A program made the position numbers and the translations under genes. From positions 1 to 37,645 of the forward strand of contig CAZXDA010000002.1 in assembly GCA_964639445.1 (NCBI GenBank): a DNA stretch of 37,645 nucleotides. Direction: 5' to 3'. This stretch comes from an uncultured Candidatus Saccharibacteria bacterium (lineage in GTDB: Bacteria; Patescibacteriota; Saccharimonadia; Saccharimonadales; UBA10212). How positions within the stretch are numbered: position 1 is the stretch's first letter; the number at the start of each line of letters is the position of its first letter. The notes under the pieces were generated by a model. That model saw only the letters and a program-made list of their open reading frames with translations, ran no database searches and was not told where the DNA came from. This document shows positions 1 to 7,855 of this stretch, in pieces.

Positions 1-48
1 GCCTGTATAGCTCGCTCGATACCTCACTTACTACGCAACCCGCGCAAT

Positions 49-83
49 AATTGTTGATTGTTCATTGCTCATTGTTTATTGTT
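49..83. repeat. Five tandem 7-bp units (N-ATTGTT, one unit ATTGCT) directly upstream of the radA start
   Basis: ATTGTT at 50-55, 57-62, 71-76 and 78-83, and ATTGCT at 64-69, with a strict 7-nt period. Confidence 0.6.
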
Positions 84-88
84 TTGGT

Positions 89-340
89 ATGGCCAAAAAG
101 TTGGGAATTAAATACGTTTGTTCTAATTGTGGAGCTGCCAGCACCACTTGGACGAGGCGCTGCCGGGTGTGTGGCGAATGGAATACACTACAGGAACAGG
201 TAGAAGTCAGCGCGGCTGCGGCCAGCAAGAGCGGCCATCGTTTACAAATTGAATCAATAGGAGAAGCGGCTGCGGCCAAACCGAACGGCTGCAAACTAAA
301 ATCGCTGATTTTGATGCCGTGCTCGGCGGCGGTCTGGTAA
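89..340 (+). CDS. radA: DNA repair protein RadA/Sms, N-terminal zinc-ribbon fragment, frame-shifted from the rest of the gene
   Basis: ATG at 89 gives MAKKLGIKYVCSNCGAASTTWTRRCRVCGEWNT, the CxxC-N10-CxxC ribbon that opens RadA proteins. This frame stops at 338-340, while RadA similarity continues in another frame. The track start at 65 is a TTG inside the heptamer repeat and is less likely. Confidence 0.8.
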   Translation: MAKKLGIKYVCSNCGAASTTWTRRCRVCGEWNTLQEQVEVSAAAASKSGHRLQIESIGEAAAAKPNGCKLKSLILMPCSAAVW

Positions 341-1401
341 GAGGCAGTGTCAATTTACTGGCCGGCCAGCCCGGCATCGGTAAAAGCACGCTTTTGCTGC
401 AAATCTCCAATAATCTGGCCGCCGACTATAAAATTTTATACGTCAGCGGCGAGGAGTCGGCGCGTCAAGTAGCGCTGCGGTCAGAAAGATTAGGCGCAGT
501 TGCTAAGAACTTACAACTGGCCGTTTCAATAATAACCAACGATATTGCTACCACTATAGCCGCCGGCGATTTTGATGTGGTGATTGTTGATTCGGTGCAG
601 GCGATTAGCGTCAACGAAGTGCCTTCGGCGGCCGGTAGCGTTAGCCAGGTTACCAACAGCGCTCAATTGCTGGCGGCCGCCGCTAAATCGACTAACACCG
701 CCCTGGTTTTAGTAGGCCATGTCACAAAAGAGGGCTCAATTGCCGGGCCAAAAGTACTAGAGCATATTGTTGATGTTGTGCTCCAGCTGGAAGGCGACCG
801 CTACGGCGGCCTAAAAATCCTTAGACCGTCTAAAAACAGATACGGTGCCACTACTGAAGCCGGTATATTTGAGATGACAGATAAGGGTATGCAGGTAGTT
901 GCTAATCCTTCAGCCGCGCTTTTGGCCGAGCGTCATGTAACTGATGGTTCAATTGTTCATGCCGCTATGGAGGGCAGCCGGCCGGTATTGGTGGAAATTC
1001 AAGCCCTGGTTAACCCAACCAGTTTTGGTTACCCTAAACGCACGGCCAGCGGCATTGATTTAAACCGCGTTAATTTGCTGGTGGCTGTGTTGGAGCGGCG
1101 CACCAAATTAAAACTGGCTGATAAAGATGTTTATGTTAATGTGGTTGGCGGCCTTAGAATAACTGAGCCGGCCGCCGATTTGGCCGTTTGCATGGCCGTT
1201 GGCTCGGCCGCCAAAGGACTAAAGCTCAAGCAAAATGCGGTGGTGTATGGCGAGGTTGGGCTAAGCGGCGAAGTACGACATGTGCCATTTTTAGAAAAAC
1301 GGCTAGCCGAAGCCAAAAAAATGGGTTTTAAAACTGCTATTGGTCCGCCACAAGTCAAAGATGTCCGCAGCGCGCTTAACACCTTCCTGGAAAGAGAATA
1401 G
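319..1401 (+). CDS. radA: DNA repair protein RadA/Sms, ATPase core and Lon-like C-terminal domain
   Basis: Walker A GQPGIGKST, a KNRYG motif and a C-terminal Lon-protease-like region (GEVGLSGEVRHV) are present. In-frame RadA-like sequence ERLQTKIADFDAVLGGGLV already begins near 283, upstream of the GTG at 319. This frame is closed by TGA at 250-252. Confidence 0.9.
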   Translation: MLGGGLVRGSVNLLAGQPGIGKSTLLLQISNNLAADYKILYVSGEESARQVALRSERLGAVAKNLQLAVSIITNDIATTIAAGDFDVVIVDSVQAISVNEVPSAAGSVSQVTNSAQLLAAAAKSTNTALVLVGHVTKEGSIAGPKVLEHIVDVVLQLEGDRYGGLKILRPSKNRYGATTEAGIFEMTDKGMQVVANPSAALLAERHVTDGSIVHAAMEGSRPVLVEIQALVNPTSFGYPKRTASGIDLNRVNLLVAVLERRTKLKLADKDVYVNVVGGLRITEPAADLAVCMAVGSAAKGLKLKQNAVVYGEVGLSGEVRHVPFLEKRLAEAKKMGFKTAIGPPQVKDVRSALNTFLERE

Positions 1402-1419
1402 GAATAGGACCGAATTAAG

Positions 1420-4400
1420 TTATACTGGTGAACTTGCGCTCGATTTATTGCCTTTAGAGTCTACGACATAAAATGTTGAATTAGCTGGCTGGGCTGAAGT
1501 TGAAGAACAGTTAGTAGTGGAAGGGCTAGTACATACCTCGATACCGCTATCTGTCGAACCGTTTACGGCAGATCGATACACGGTGTATGGCGCTGCTCCG
1601 CCCGACCAAGTAAAGCTAACTGTATTAGTCCCGCTGTTTCTTGTGGCCTGGAGGTTCGTGGGCGGCTGGGCCGCTAACGTAAAATTTACAGTTTTTTGAT
1701 CAGTGGCATCATATAGCACGCTATCAATAACCTGGGCACTGACCGTTGCCTCGCCGCCGGAAGTTGGAGTGTATGTTATAGATTTGGTGTCCGAAGGATC
1801 AGATACATTAGCCGTACCCACCTGCTGGCCATTGACCAAGAAGTTTACTGTGCCCGGATACTGTGAATACTGCGAGTCATTAAATGGATGGGTGCCAGCT
1901 TGGACAAAAGCCGTAAACGTATAAGTGCCGTCATTATTGTCGGTTACAGTTAGGTTAACAGATGGTTTTTGATCATTGCAGCTGTGGACATCATCAAAAC
2001 CGCTTGCAGCTGTTCCGGTACTGGTTGATCCGGTTTGGCCGGGCGGATAGAAAATATCAACCGAAAAAGCATTAGGCGCCGAGCTGCCGCCAAGTGTTTG
2101 CTTAGCTAGGCTAGGCGTACATTCTGTAGCTTGTTTGCCAGAGACTTTATCGATAGTTACAGTCTGGGTGCTGGCGGCTTTCGGTTTATACCACGATGGA
2201 TAAATGTCAGTGCTGGGACTCGGTTCAACAGAAGATAGACCAATGTGTTGGGACACAACATATGCTGGCAGATGTTGGATGCCAGCAGGTTCATTCCAAT
2301 TTACTGGTTTGGTCTTTAATGCATCAAGGGCCTGGGTCATAAAGACGCGGGTTAGCGGAATGGTCATATCTTCCATAAAACCGCTTAGTTTTTGATTACG
2401 AGTATGGTAACCAACCCAGCTACCGACTGCATATTGAGTATTCCAGGCCATCATTAAGCCATCAAAGCCGTTGTTCGTAGTACCGGTTTTAATGGCTGTC
2501 CGCCACCCGTTATAGTTGTGCCACTTATAGTATCCGGTCCGCAGGTAACTGGCGTTAGGGTCGGAAGCCATGTTGCTGACTATATAAGCAGTATCAGGCC
2601 TGACAGCTTGTTTGACGTCTGGATCGCCGAGCTTAGGCTGTTTCCATTGATAAAAAGGCTTGGTGGCACTTTGCGAGTCATATATCTTAAGAATGTATGT
2701 TGAGGGAAAAGCTACTCCCATCCGGGCAAGTGACGCCACCCCATTGACATGCTGATCAAGGTGCAAATATGCGCCGTCACCAATAGCCGAGGCGCCATAA
2801 CACTGCGTCTCGTCGTTCTTGGTCGCCTTATTAATATCCACCCCTGGGCTAAAGCATTTGTAAGCACCGGGAGTGGCCATTAAGTCATTAGCTACGCTGA
2901 TTGTCTTATTAACTGAAGCATTAGTATTACCGGGAACGGCCGACAACATAGCCTTAACTGCTGGCACGTTACGCGAACCACCCAAAGCGTAGCGCAGCGT
3001 TTCCGGGCCTGGGTAACGGAAGTCGTAGTCATAAAGACAGTTACCGCCTGTTTTGGCCGCACTAAATGAGGGTTTGGTTTTATCAGTGCAAGGATACCCT
3101 GGCAGAGGCTGTTGAACATCATATAGGACAGAGCCGGCGCCAACATTGTTGTTGTTTTCAATCAAGGCAGAATAGTCATAAGGCTTAAAACTTGAGCCCG
3201 GCGATATGAAGACAGAATGAGCGTAGTTTATCTGGCCGTGATCTGGGTTGTTAAAGTCGGTTCCGCCAACCAGCGCCACCACTTGGCCGGTTTTAACGTC
3301 TTCAGCTACCAGCGCTTGCTCATCCGCGCCGTGATTCAGGGCATTTCGGATATTCTTTTGAACGGTCTCTTCCGCTATCCGCTGCAGGTTCATATCCAGC
3401 GTTGTAATAACTTTCCAGCCGCCAATCTTATTGCCGCCGGGGCCTTTAGGTGCCCATTTGGTAATTAGTTCGTCTTTAGCGGCCAGTAAGAAGTAGGGGG
3501 CCTGGATGCCGGCGTATTTGTTATTCTGCTGCGGCTGCACCTCCGCTAAGATGTCGGTTTTTTTAGCATCCTCCGCCTGCTGCTTGGTTATTTTGTGCTG
3601 ATCAGCCATTTGATCGAGTACGTAATTATAGCGGTCGGTAAAAGCTTGTTTGTTAAAGTACTCGCCGCTGTAAGGTGAGTAAATAGCCGGTGATTTGGGA
3701 ATCGCGGCTAACATAGCCGCTTCCGGTAGCGTTAAATCTTTAGCGCTTTTGCGGAAATAGTCAGAGGCCGCTACTTGAGCGCCGTAGTCGATGCTACCGT
3801 AAGGCGCGGCGTTAAGATAACCGGTTAATATCTCGTCCTTGGTATATGTGCGTTCCAATTCTACTGCTAGAATCAATTCCTTTACTTTTCTAGAAAAGGT
3901 TCGCTGCTGAGTCCAGTCTAGACTCAGTTTCACTAACTGCTGGGTTATGGTTGAGCCACCCTGAGTGCTACCGCGGCGAAAAACATCATTGAGCGCCGCT
4001 CGGCCGATAGCCTTAACGTCAAAGCCACGGTGATTATAGAAGTCTTTATCTTCAACGGCGACAGTGGCATCTTTAAGATATTTGGAAATATCCTGGCTTT
4101 GAACAGGCACTCTTTTAACAGCGTTATAATCCTGCCACAGGAGAATTTTGCCGCTGCGATCGTAGTAGCTAATACTGCCACCCAAGTTACTGCCTGATAT
4201 GTCTTTAATGTCCGGCAGATACTTTCGGTAGTAGGCAAAGACGCCGAGCGTGAGAACAAAAAGAAACAATACGACTATACCCGTAAATTTAAGCAGCGTA
4301 GTAGCGCCGTCTCGACTAAACCAATATTGGGCTTGGTGTTTAGGATTCAGGCGCCAGACCATTCTTTTAAGCCGCGATTTAGGCAGCCCGCGCATACGGT

Positions 4401-4521
4401 TTAGTTTACGTAAAGATTTACCCTCTTTCATTGCCCTAAAACGCTCGCCGAGGGAGCGATTAACTTTGAGAACGCGGCCGCTGCGGGTAATAATGCGCTT
4501 CCCACTCCGTTTTCTATCCAT
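1420..4521 (-). CDS. Class A penicillin-binding protein (bifunctional glycosyltransferase/transpeptidase) with a long C-terminal extension
   Basis: GT51 motifs EDKDFYNHRGFD, GGSTITQQ and RKVKE are present, as are transpeptidase motifs SSFK, SRN and KTGTT. There is one TM helix after a ~70 aa Lys/Arg-rich tail, and about 280 aa of Thr/Ser-rich beta-type sequence at the C-terminus. Confidence 0.92.
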   Translation of the reverse strand: MDRKRSGKRIITRSGRVLKVNRSLGERFRAMKEGKSLRKLNRMRGLPKSRLKRMVWRLNPKHQAQYWFSRDGATTLLKFTGIVVLFLFVLTLGVFAYYRKYLPDIKDISGSNLGGSISYYDRSGKILLWQDYNAVKRVPVQSQDISKYLKDATVAVEDKDFYNHRGFDVKAIGRAALNDVFRRGSTQGGSTITQQLVKLSLDWTQQRTFSRKVKELILAVELERTYTKDEILTGYLNAAPYGSIDYGAQVAASDYFRKSAKDLTLPEAAMLAAIPKSPAIYSPYSGEYFNKQAFTDRYNYVLDQMADQHKITKQQAEDAKKTDILAEVQPQQNNKYAGIQAPYFLLAAKDELITKWAPKGPGGNKIGGWKVITTLDMNLQRIAEETVQKNIRNALNHGADEQALVAEDVKTGQVVALVGGTDFNNPDHGQINYAHSVFISPGSSFKPYDYSALIENNNNVGAGSVLYDVQQPLPGYPCTDKTKPSFSAAKTGGNCLYDYDFRYPGPETLRYALGGSRNVPAVKAMLSAVPGNTNASVNKTISVANDLMATPGAYKCFSPGVDINKATKNDETQCYGASAIGDGAYLHLDQHVNGVASLARMGVAFPSTYILKIYDSQSATKPFYQWKQPKLGDPDVKQAVRPDTAYIVSNMASDPNASYLRTGYYKWHNYNGWRTAIKTGTTNNGFDGLMMAWNTQYAVGSWVGYHTRNQKLSGFMEDMTIPLTRVFMTQALDALKTKPVNWNEPAGIQHLPAYVVSQHIGLSSVEPSPSTDIYPSWYKPKAASTQTVTIDKVSGKQATECTPSLAKQTLGGSSAPNAFSVDIFYPPGQTGSTSTGTAASGFDDVHSCNDQKPSVNLTVTDNNDGTYTFTAFVQAGTHPFNDSQYSQYPGTVNFLVNGQQVGTANVSDPSDTKSITYTPTSGGEATVSAQVIDSVLYDATDQKTVNFTLAAQPPTNLQATRNSGTNTVSFTWSGGAAPYTVYRSAVNGSTDSGIEVCTSPSTTNCSSTSAQPANSTFYVVDSKGNKSSASSPV

Positions 4522-4533
4522 GTCTAGTAACGT

Positions 4534-4542
4534 ATTATAACA
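4534..4542 (-). promoter_or_regulatory. Extended -10 box TGtTATAAT for the PBP gene
   Basis: The reverse complement of 4534-4542 reads TGTTATAAT. It lies 12 nt upstream of the ATG at 4521, with no SD in between. Confidence 0.5.
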
Positions 4543-4597
4543 AAGTGCTTATAGAATTACGCAGCTTGATTTTATTGAGATATACTTATCTATAAAG

Positions 4598-5839
4598 ATG
4601 CATTTGAGCGAAGATTTAATGTGGCGCGGTCTGATTAAAGACAAAACTTTCTATGACATCAGCTGGCTGGACCAGCCTAGGGCTTTTTATTTGGGGATTG
4701 ATGCTTCAGATGCCAGTTTGACCATCGGCAACCTGGCTGTAGTTTTGCTGGCAAGAAGACTGACGGAAGCCGGTTGGAAGCCAATTCTACTGGCCGGAGG
4801 CGCCACCAGCTTGGTCGGCGATCCCGGCGGCAAAATTGAGGAAAGGCAACTGCCAAGCAAGGAAGGAATCGCTAAAAATGTCGAAGGTATTAAGTCGCAA
4901 ATCGAAAAGCTCTTCGCCGGCTCGCCGCACGAGTTGGTAAATAACGTCGATTGGCTGGGCGAAGAAAAACTGCTGGATTTCCTGCGAGATGTCGGTAAGA
5001 ACTTCTCGATGACCGAACTGATGCAGCGCGACTTCGTAACCCAACGGATGGGTGAAGGTGGCGCCGGTATCAGCTACGCTGAATTCAGTTATTCGCTGCT
5101 TCAAGGGTACGACTATCTCTGGCTGTACCAAAACAAAGGAGTTGAACTGCAAATCGGCGCCTCCGACCAGTGGGGTAATATCCTTTCCGGCGTGGCCTTG
5201 ATACGCAAAAAAGAAGGCAAGGAAGTCCAGGCTTTCTGCATGCCGTTGGTGGTTAATAAAGAGACTGGCCGCAAATTCGGCAAAACTGAAGAGGGAGCAA
5301 TTTGGCTAGATCCGCAAAAGACAACGCCAACTCAGTTTTATCAGTTTTGGATTAACACAGATGACGCAGCAGTTGAGGATTATCTCAAAATCTTCACACT
5401 CCTTCCAAAGGAGCAAATAGAGCAAGTGATTACTGACCATAAAGCTGACCCAGCTACCCGTAAGGCGCAAAAAGTTTTAGCCGATGAAGTTACCAGGATC
5501 GTGCACGGCGAGGCTGGTACAGCCGCACCTTCGGTGACAAAATACTTAACAAGTCAAGTATCTTTGAGTGAGGCTTCTGAAGAAGATTTAACGGCAGTTA
5601 GGAAGGAGATTCCAAGCGTCAAAACAAAAGCCAGCGGATCGACTGTAGAAGCTTTAACCAGATCAGGATTAGCCTCGTCTAATTCTGATGCTAGAAGATT
5701 GCTGCAAAGTGGAGCAATTTACATTAATGGCAAACCTGTTTCTCGGGAGAGTTTTGAGTCTGCTGATTTTCAGAATGGCCGCCTGCTTTTGCGCCGCGGT
5801 AAAGCCTACAAAGATTCTGCGTTAGTTGAATTAGAATAA
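4598..5839 (+). CDS. tyrS: Tyrosyl-tRNA synthetase (HIGH motif replaced by TIGN)
   Basis: The protein is colinear with bacterial TyrRS. It has GGATSLVGDP, SDQWGNI, KFGKT (the KMSKS equivalent), QFYQFWIN and a C-terminal S4-like domain. Confidence 0.9.
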   Translation: MHLSEDLMWRGLIKDKTFYDISWLDQPRAFYLGIDASDASLTIGNLAVVLLARRLTEAGWKPILLAGGATSLVGDPGGKIEERQLPSKEGIAKNVEGIKSQIEKLFAGSPHELVNNVDWLGEEKLLDFLRDVGKNFSMTELMQRDFVTQRMGEGGAGISYAEFSYSLLQGYDYLWLYQNKGVELQIGASDQWGNILSGVALIRKKEGKEVQAFCMPLVVNKETGRKFGKTEEGAIWLDPQKTTPTQFYQFWINTDDAAVEDYLKIFTLLPKEQIEQVITDHKADPATRKAQKVLADEVTRIVHGEAGTAAPSVTKYLTSQVSLSEASEEDLTAVRKEIPSVKTKASGSTVEALTRSGLASSNSDARRLLQSGAIYINGKPVSRESFESADFQNGRLLLRRGKAYKDSALVELE

Positions 5840-5841
5840 TT

Positions 5842-7125
5842 ATGCAAAATCTGCTCGCTACATTACTAGGCAAGCTAATCCGCCTGGCGCTCTATTTCAG
5901 GCCGCATGGCGGGCATGCGCTGCCTGGCCTAGTAGTTGAAAAACTTTTCCCAAGTTATGTTTCTGGCATGCTTAACCAATTGCCAGAGGGAATTGTTCTA
6001 GTAACCGGTACTAATGGCAAAACCACTACGACTAAAATGCTGACGGAGGTATTGCGCACCAATGGTAAAAAAGTTCTTACCAATACAACTGGCAGTAATC
6101 TCATAAGAGGTATAAATTCGGCTATTATCCGGTATGCCGGTTTCAGTGGAAAGCTGAATTTCGATTTGGCAGTTTTGGAAGTAGATGAAGCAGCTGTTAG
6201 GCCGCTGGTGGCCAGGATTAAGCCTAATTGGGTAACGGGTCTAAATGTCAGCCGCGATCAACTAGACCGTTTTGGCGAGGTAGATACTGTAGCTAGGCAT
6301 ATAGGCGCGGCCATGAAAGCGGCTACTGATGGCATTGTAGCCAATGCCGACGACCTGAATCTGGCGCGGGTCAGCCAAGAAGCCGCCGCTGGCAAAGAAA
6401 TACCGCTGCTCTACTTTGGCGCATCTGAAAATCTGCATCAGTTTTTCCCAAGTGATTGGGAAATGGCCGCCGTCGAAGGTGTATCCTCTAACCATCAATC
6501 AGCTCGGCCAAAAACTACGGTAGAACTGGTAGATTTTGCAGGCCAGAAGGTCAGTTTTAAGATTCAAGATAAAATCTACAGCGCTGAATTTAAACTGCGT
6601 GGCCAGCACAATTTTTTAAATGCGGCGGCTGCTTTAACTTTGTTGGCTCAGCTGCTTCCAACGGTTGCGGTTGATCAGCTTCTATTCCAATTGTCACAAG
6701 TCTCGATTGCATTTGGCAGAGGCGAACTATATCGCCTAAGAAACGGTGCTGTTGTGGAGTTGGTGCTTGTTAAAAATCCGGCCAGTTTTCGACAAGCTCT
6801 GGCCTCGTATGCCGCTAAAGCGCCTAATTTAATGATTGCCATTAACGATAACATCGCAGATGGTCGTGACGTTTCATGGCTCTGGGATGTTGATTTTCGG
6901 CCGCTCGCTAACAGAATTGTATCTGTTACCAGCGGCCAGCGAGCTGCCGACATGGCACTGCGCTTAAGTTATGATGACGTAAAAGTAGCCGCCATAGAAT
7001 CAGATTTATTCAAAGCGCTTAAAGTTCTGTCAGAACAGCAAGGCGATAAAGTTATAATGTCTACCTACACGGCCATGTTGAGTTTGTATAGATATTTAAA
7101 CAAGAAAGCGGAAAGAGTCGCATGA
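5842..7125 (+). CDS. murT: Mur-ligase family protein, MurT-like (lipid II isoglutaminyl synthase ligase subunit)
   Basis: Motifs GTNGKTTT, NVSRDQLDRFG and the C-terminal DGRDVSWLWDVDF segment are present. The gene overlaps the downstream GatD-like gene by 4 nt (ATGA). Confidence 0.8.
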   Translation: MQNLLATLLGKLIRLALYFRPHGGHALPGLVVEKLFPSYVSGMLNQLPEGIVLVTGTNGKTTTTKMLTEVLRTNGKKVLTNTTGSNLIRGINSAIIRYAGFSGKLNFDLAVLEVDEAAVRPLVARIKPNWVTGLNVSRDQLDRFGEVDTVARHIGAAMKAATDGIVANADDLNLARVSQEAAAGKEIPLLYFGASENLHQFFPSDWEMAAVEGVSSNHQSARPKTTVELVDFAGQKVSFKIQDKIYSAEFKLRGQHNFLNAAAALTLLAQLLPTVAVDQLLFQLSQVSIAFGRGELYRLRNGAVVELVLVKNPASFRQALASYAAKAPNLMIAINDNIADGRDVSWLWDVDFRPLANRIVSVTSGQRAADMALRLSYDDVKVAAIESDLFKALKVLSEQQGDKVIMSTYTAMLSLYRYLNKKAERVA

Positions 7126-7835
7126 AAGAGATAAATATCCTTCACTTGTATCCGAATGAAATGAACACATACGGCGACTATGGTAATGTTATGGCGCTGT
7201 CGCGACGGATTAGTTGGCATGGATATGAACCAAAAGTGCATTATCATCATCCAGGAAGTGAACTCTTCTCTGAAGTTGATATTGTCGTCGGCGGCGGAGG
7301 TCAGGACTCAGCCCAAGCTGATGTGCAAAAAGATATCTTGCAAATTGGCGATGAACTACATAAATTGACTGAGCAAAAAGTGCCGATGTTAATGGTCTGC
7401 GGCACGTATCAACTTTTTGGACATCGTTACGTCACACATGAAGGCGTAGAAATAAAGGGCATAGGTATTTTTGATGCCGAAACTATTGGCGGAGATAAAC
7501 GTATGATTTGCAATGTTATGATCAAAACTGGTTTTGGAATTTTGTTTGGCTTTGAAAACCACAGCGGCCAAACCACGCTTGGCCCTAAACAGGCACCATT
7601 TGGTAGAGTTTTGCGCGGTAATGGCAACAATGGGCGCGACAAAACCGAAGGCGCCCGCAGTAAAAATGCCTTTGGTACATACCTGCACGGCCCAGTTTTG
7701 CCCAACAACCCGACTTTTTGTGATGCGCTAATCAAAATGGCGGCCGTAAACCGCTATGGCTCATTCGAGCCTAAGCAAATTGACGACCGTTTAGCCGAAA
7801 TGACTCGTACCACCGCCCGCCACCGTCCATATTAA
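7122..7835 (+). CDS. gatD: GatD-like glutamine amidotransferase (CobQ/CobB type), partner of MurT
   Basis: It has the N-terminal LHLYPNEMNTYGDYGN, the nucleophile motif MVCGTYQLFG and TYLHGP. It is translationally coupled to murT. Confidence 0.82.
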   Translation: MKEINILHLYPNEMNTYGDYGNVMALSRRISWHGYEPKVHYHHPGSELFSEVDIVVGGGGQDSAQADVQKDILQIGDELHKLTEQKVPMLMVCGTYQLFGHRYVTHEGVEIKGIGIFDAETIGGDKRMICNVMIKTGFGILFGFENHSGQTTLGPKQAPFGRVLRGNGNNGRDKTEGARSKNAFGTYLHGPVLPNNPTFCDALIKMAAVNRYGSFEPKQIDDRLAEMTRTTARHRPY

Positions 7836-7855
7836 AACCTGTACACTATAAATTA

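Noticed and set aside
4522-4597. A T-box or other riboswitch leader upstream of tyrS (and hisS at 13477-13497).
   Set aside because: The intergenic regions are only 76 nt and 21 nt, too short for a T-box (about 200 nt or more). No specifier or T-box sequence is seen.
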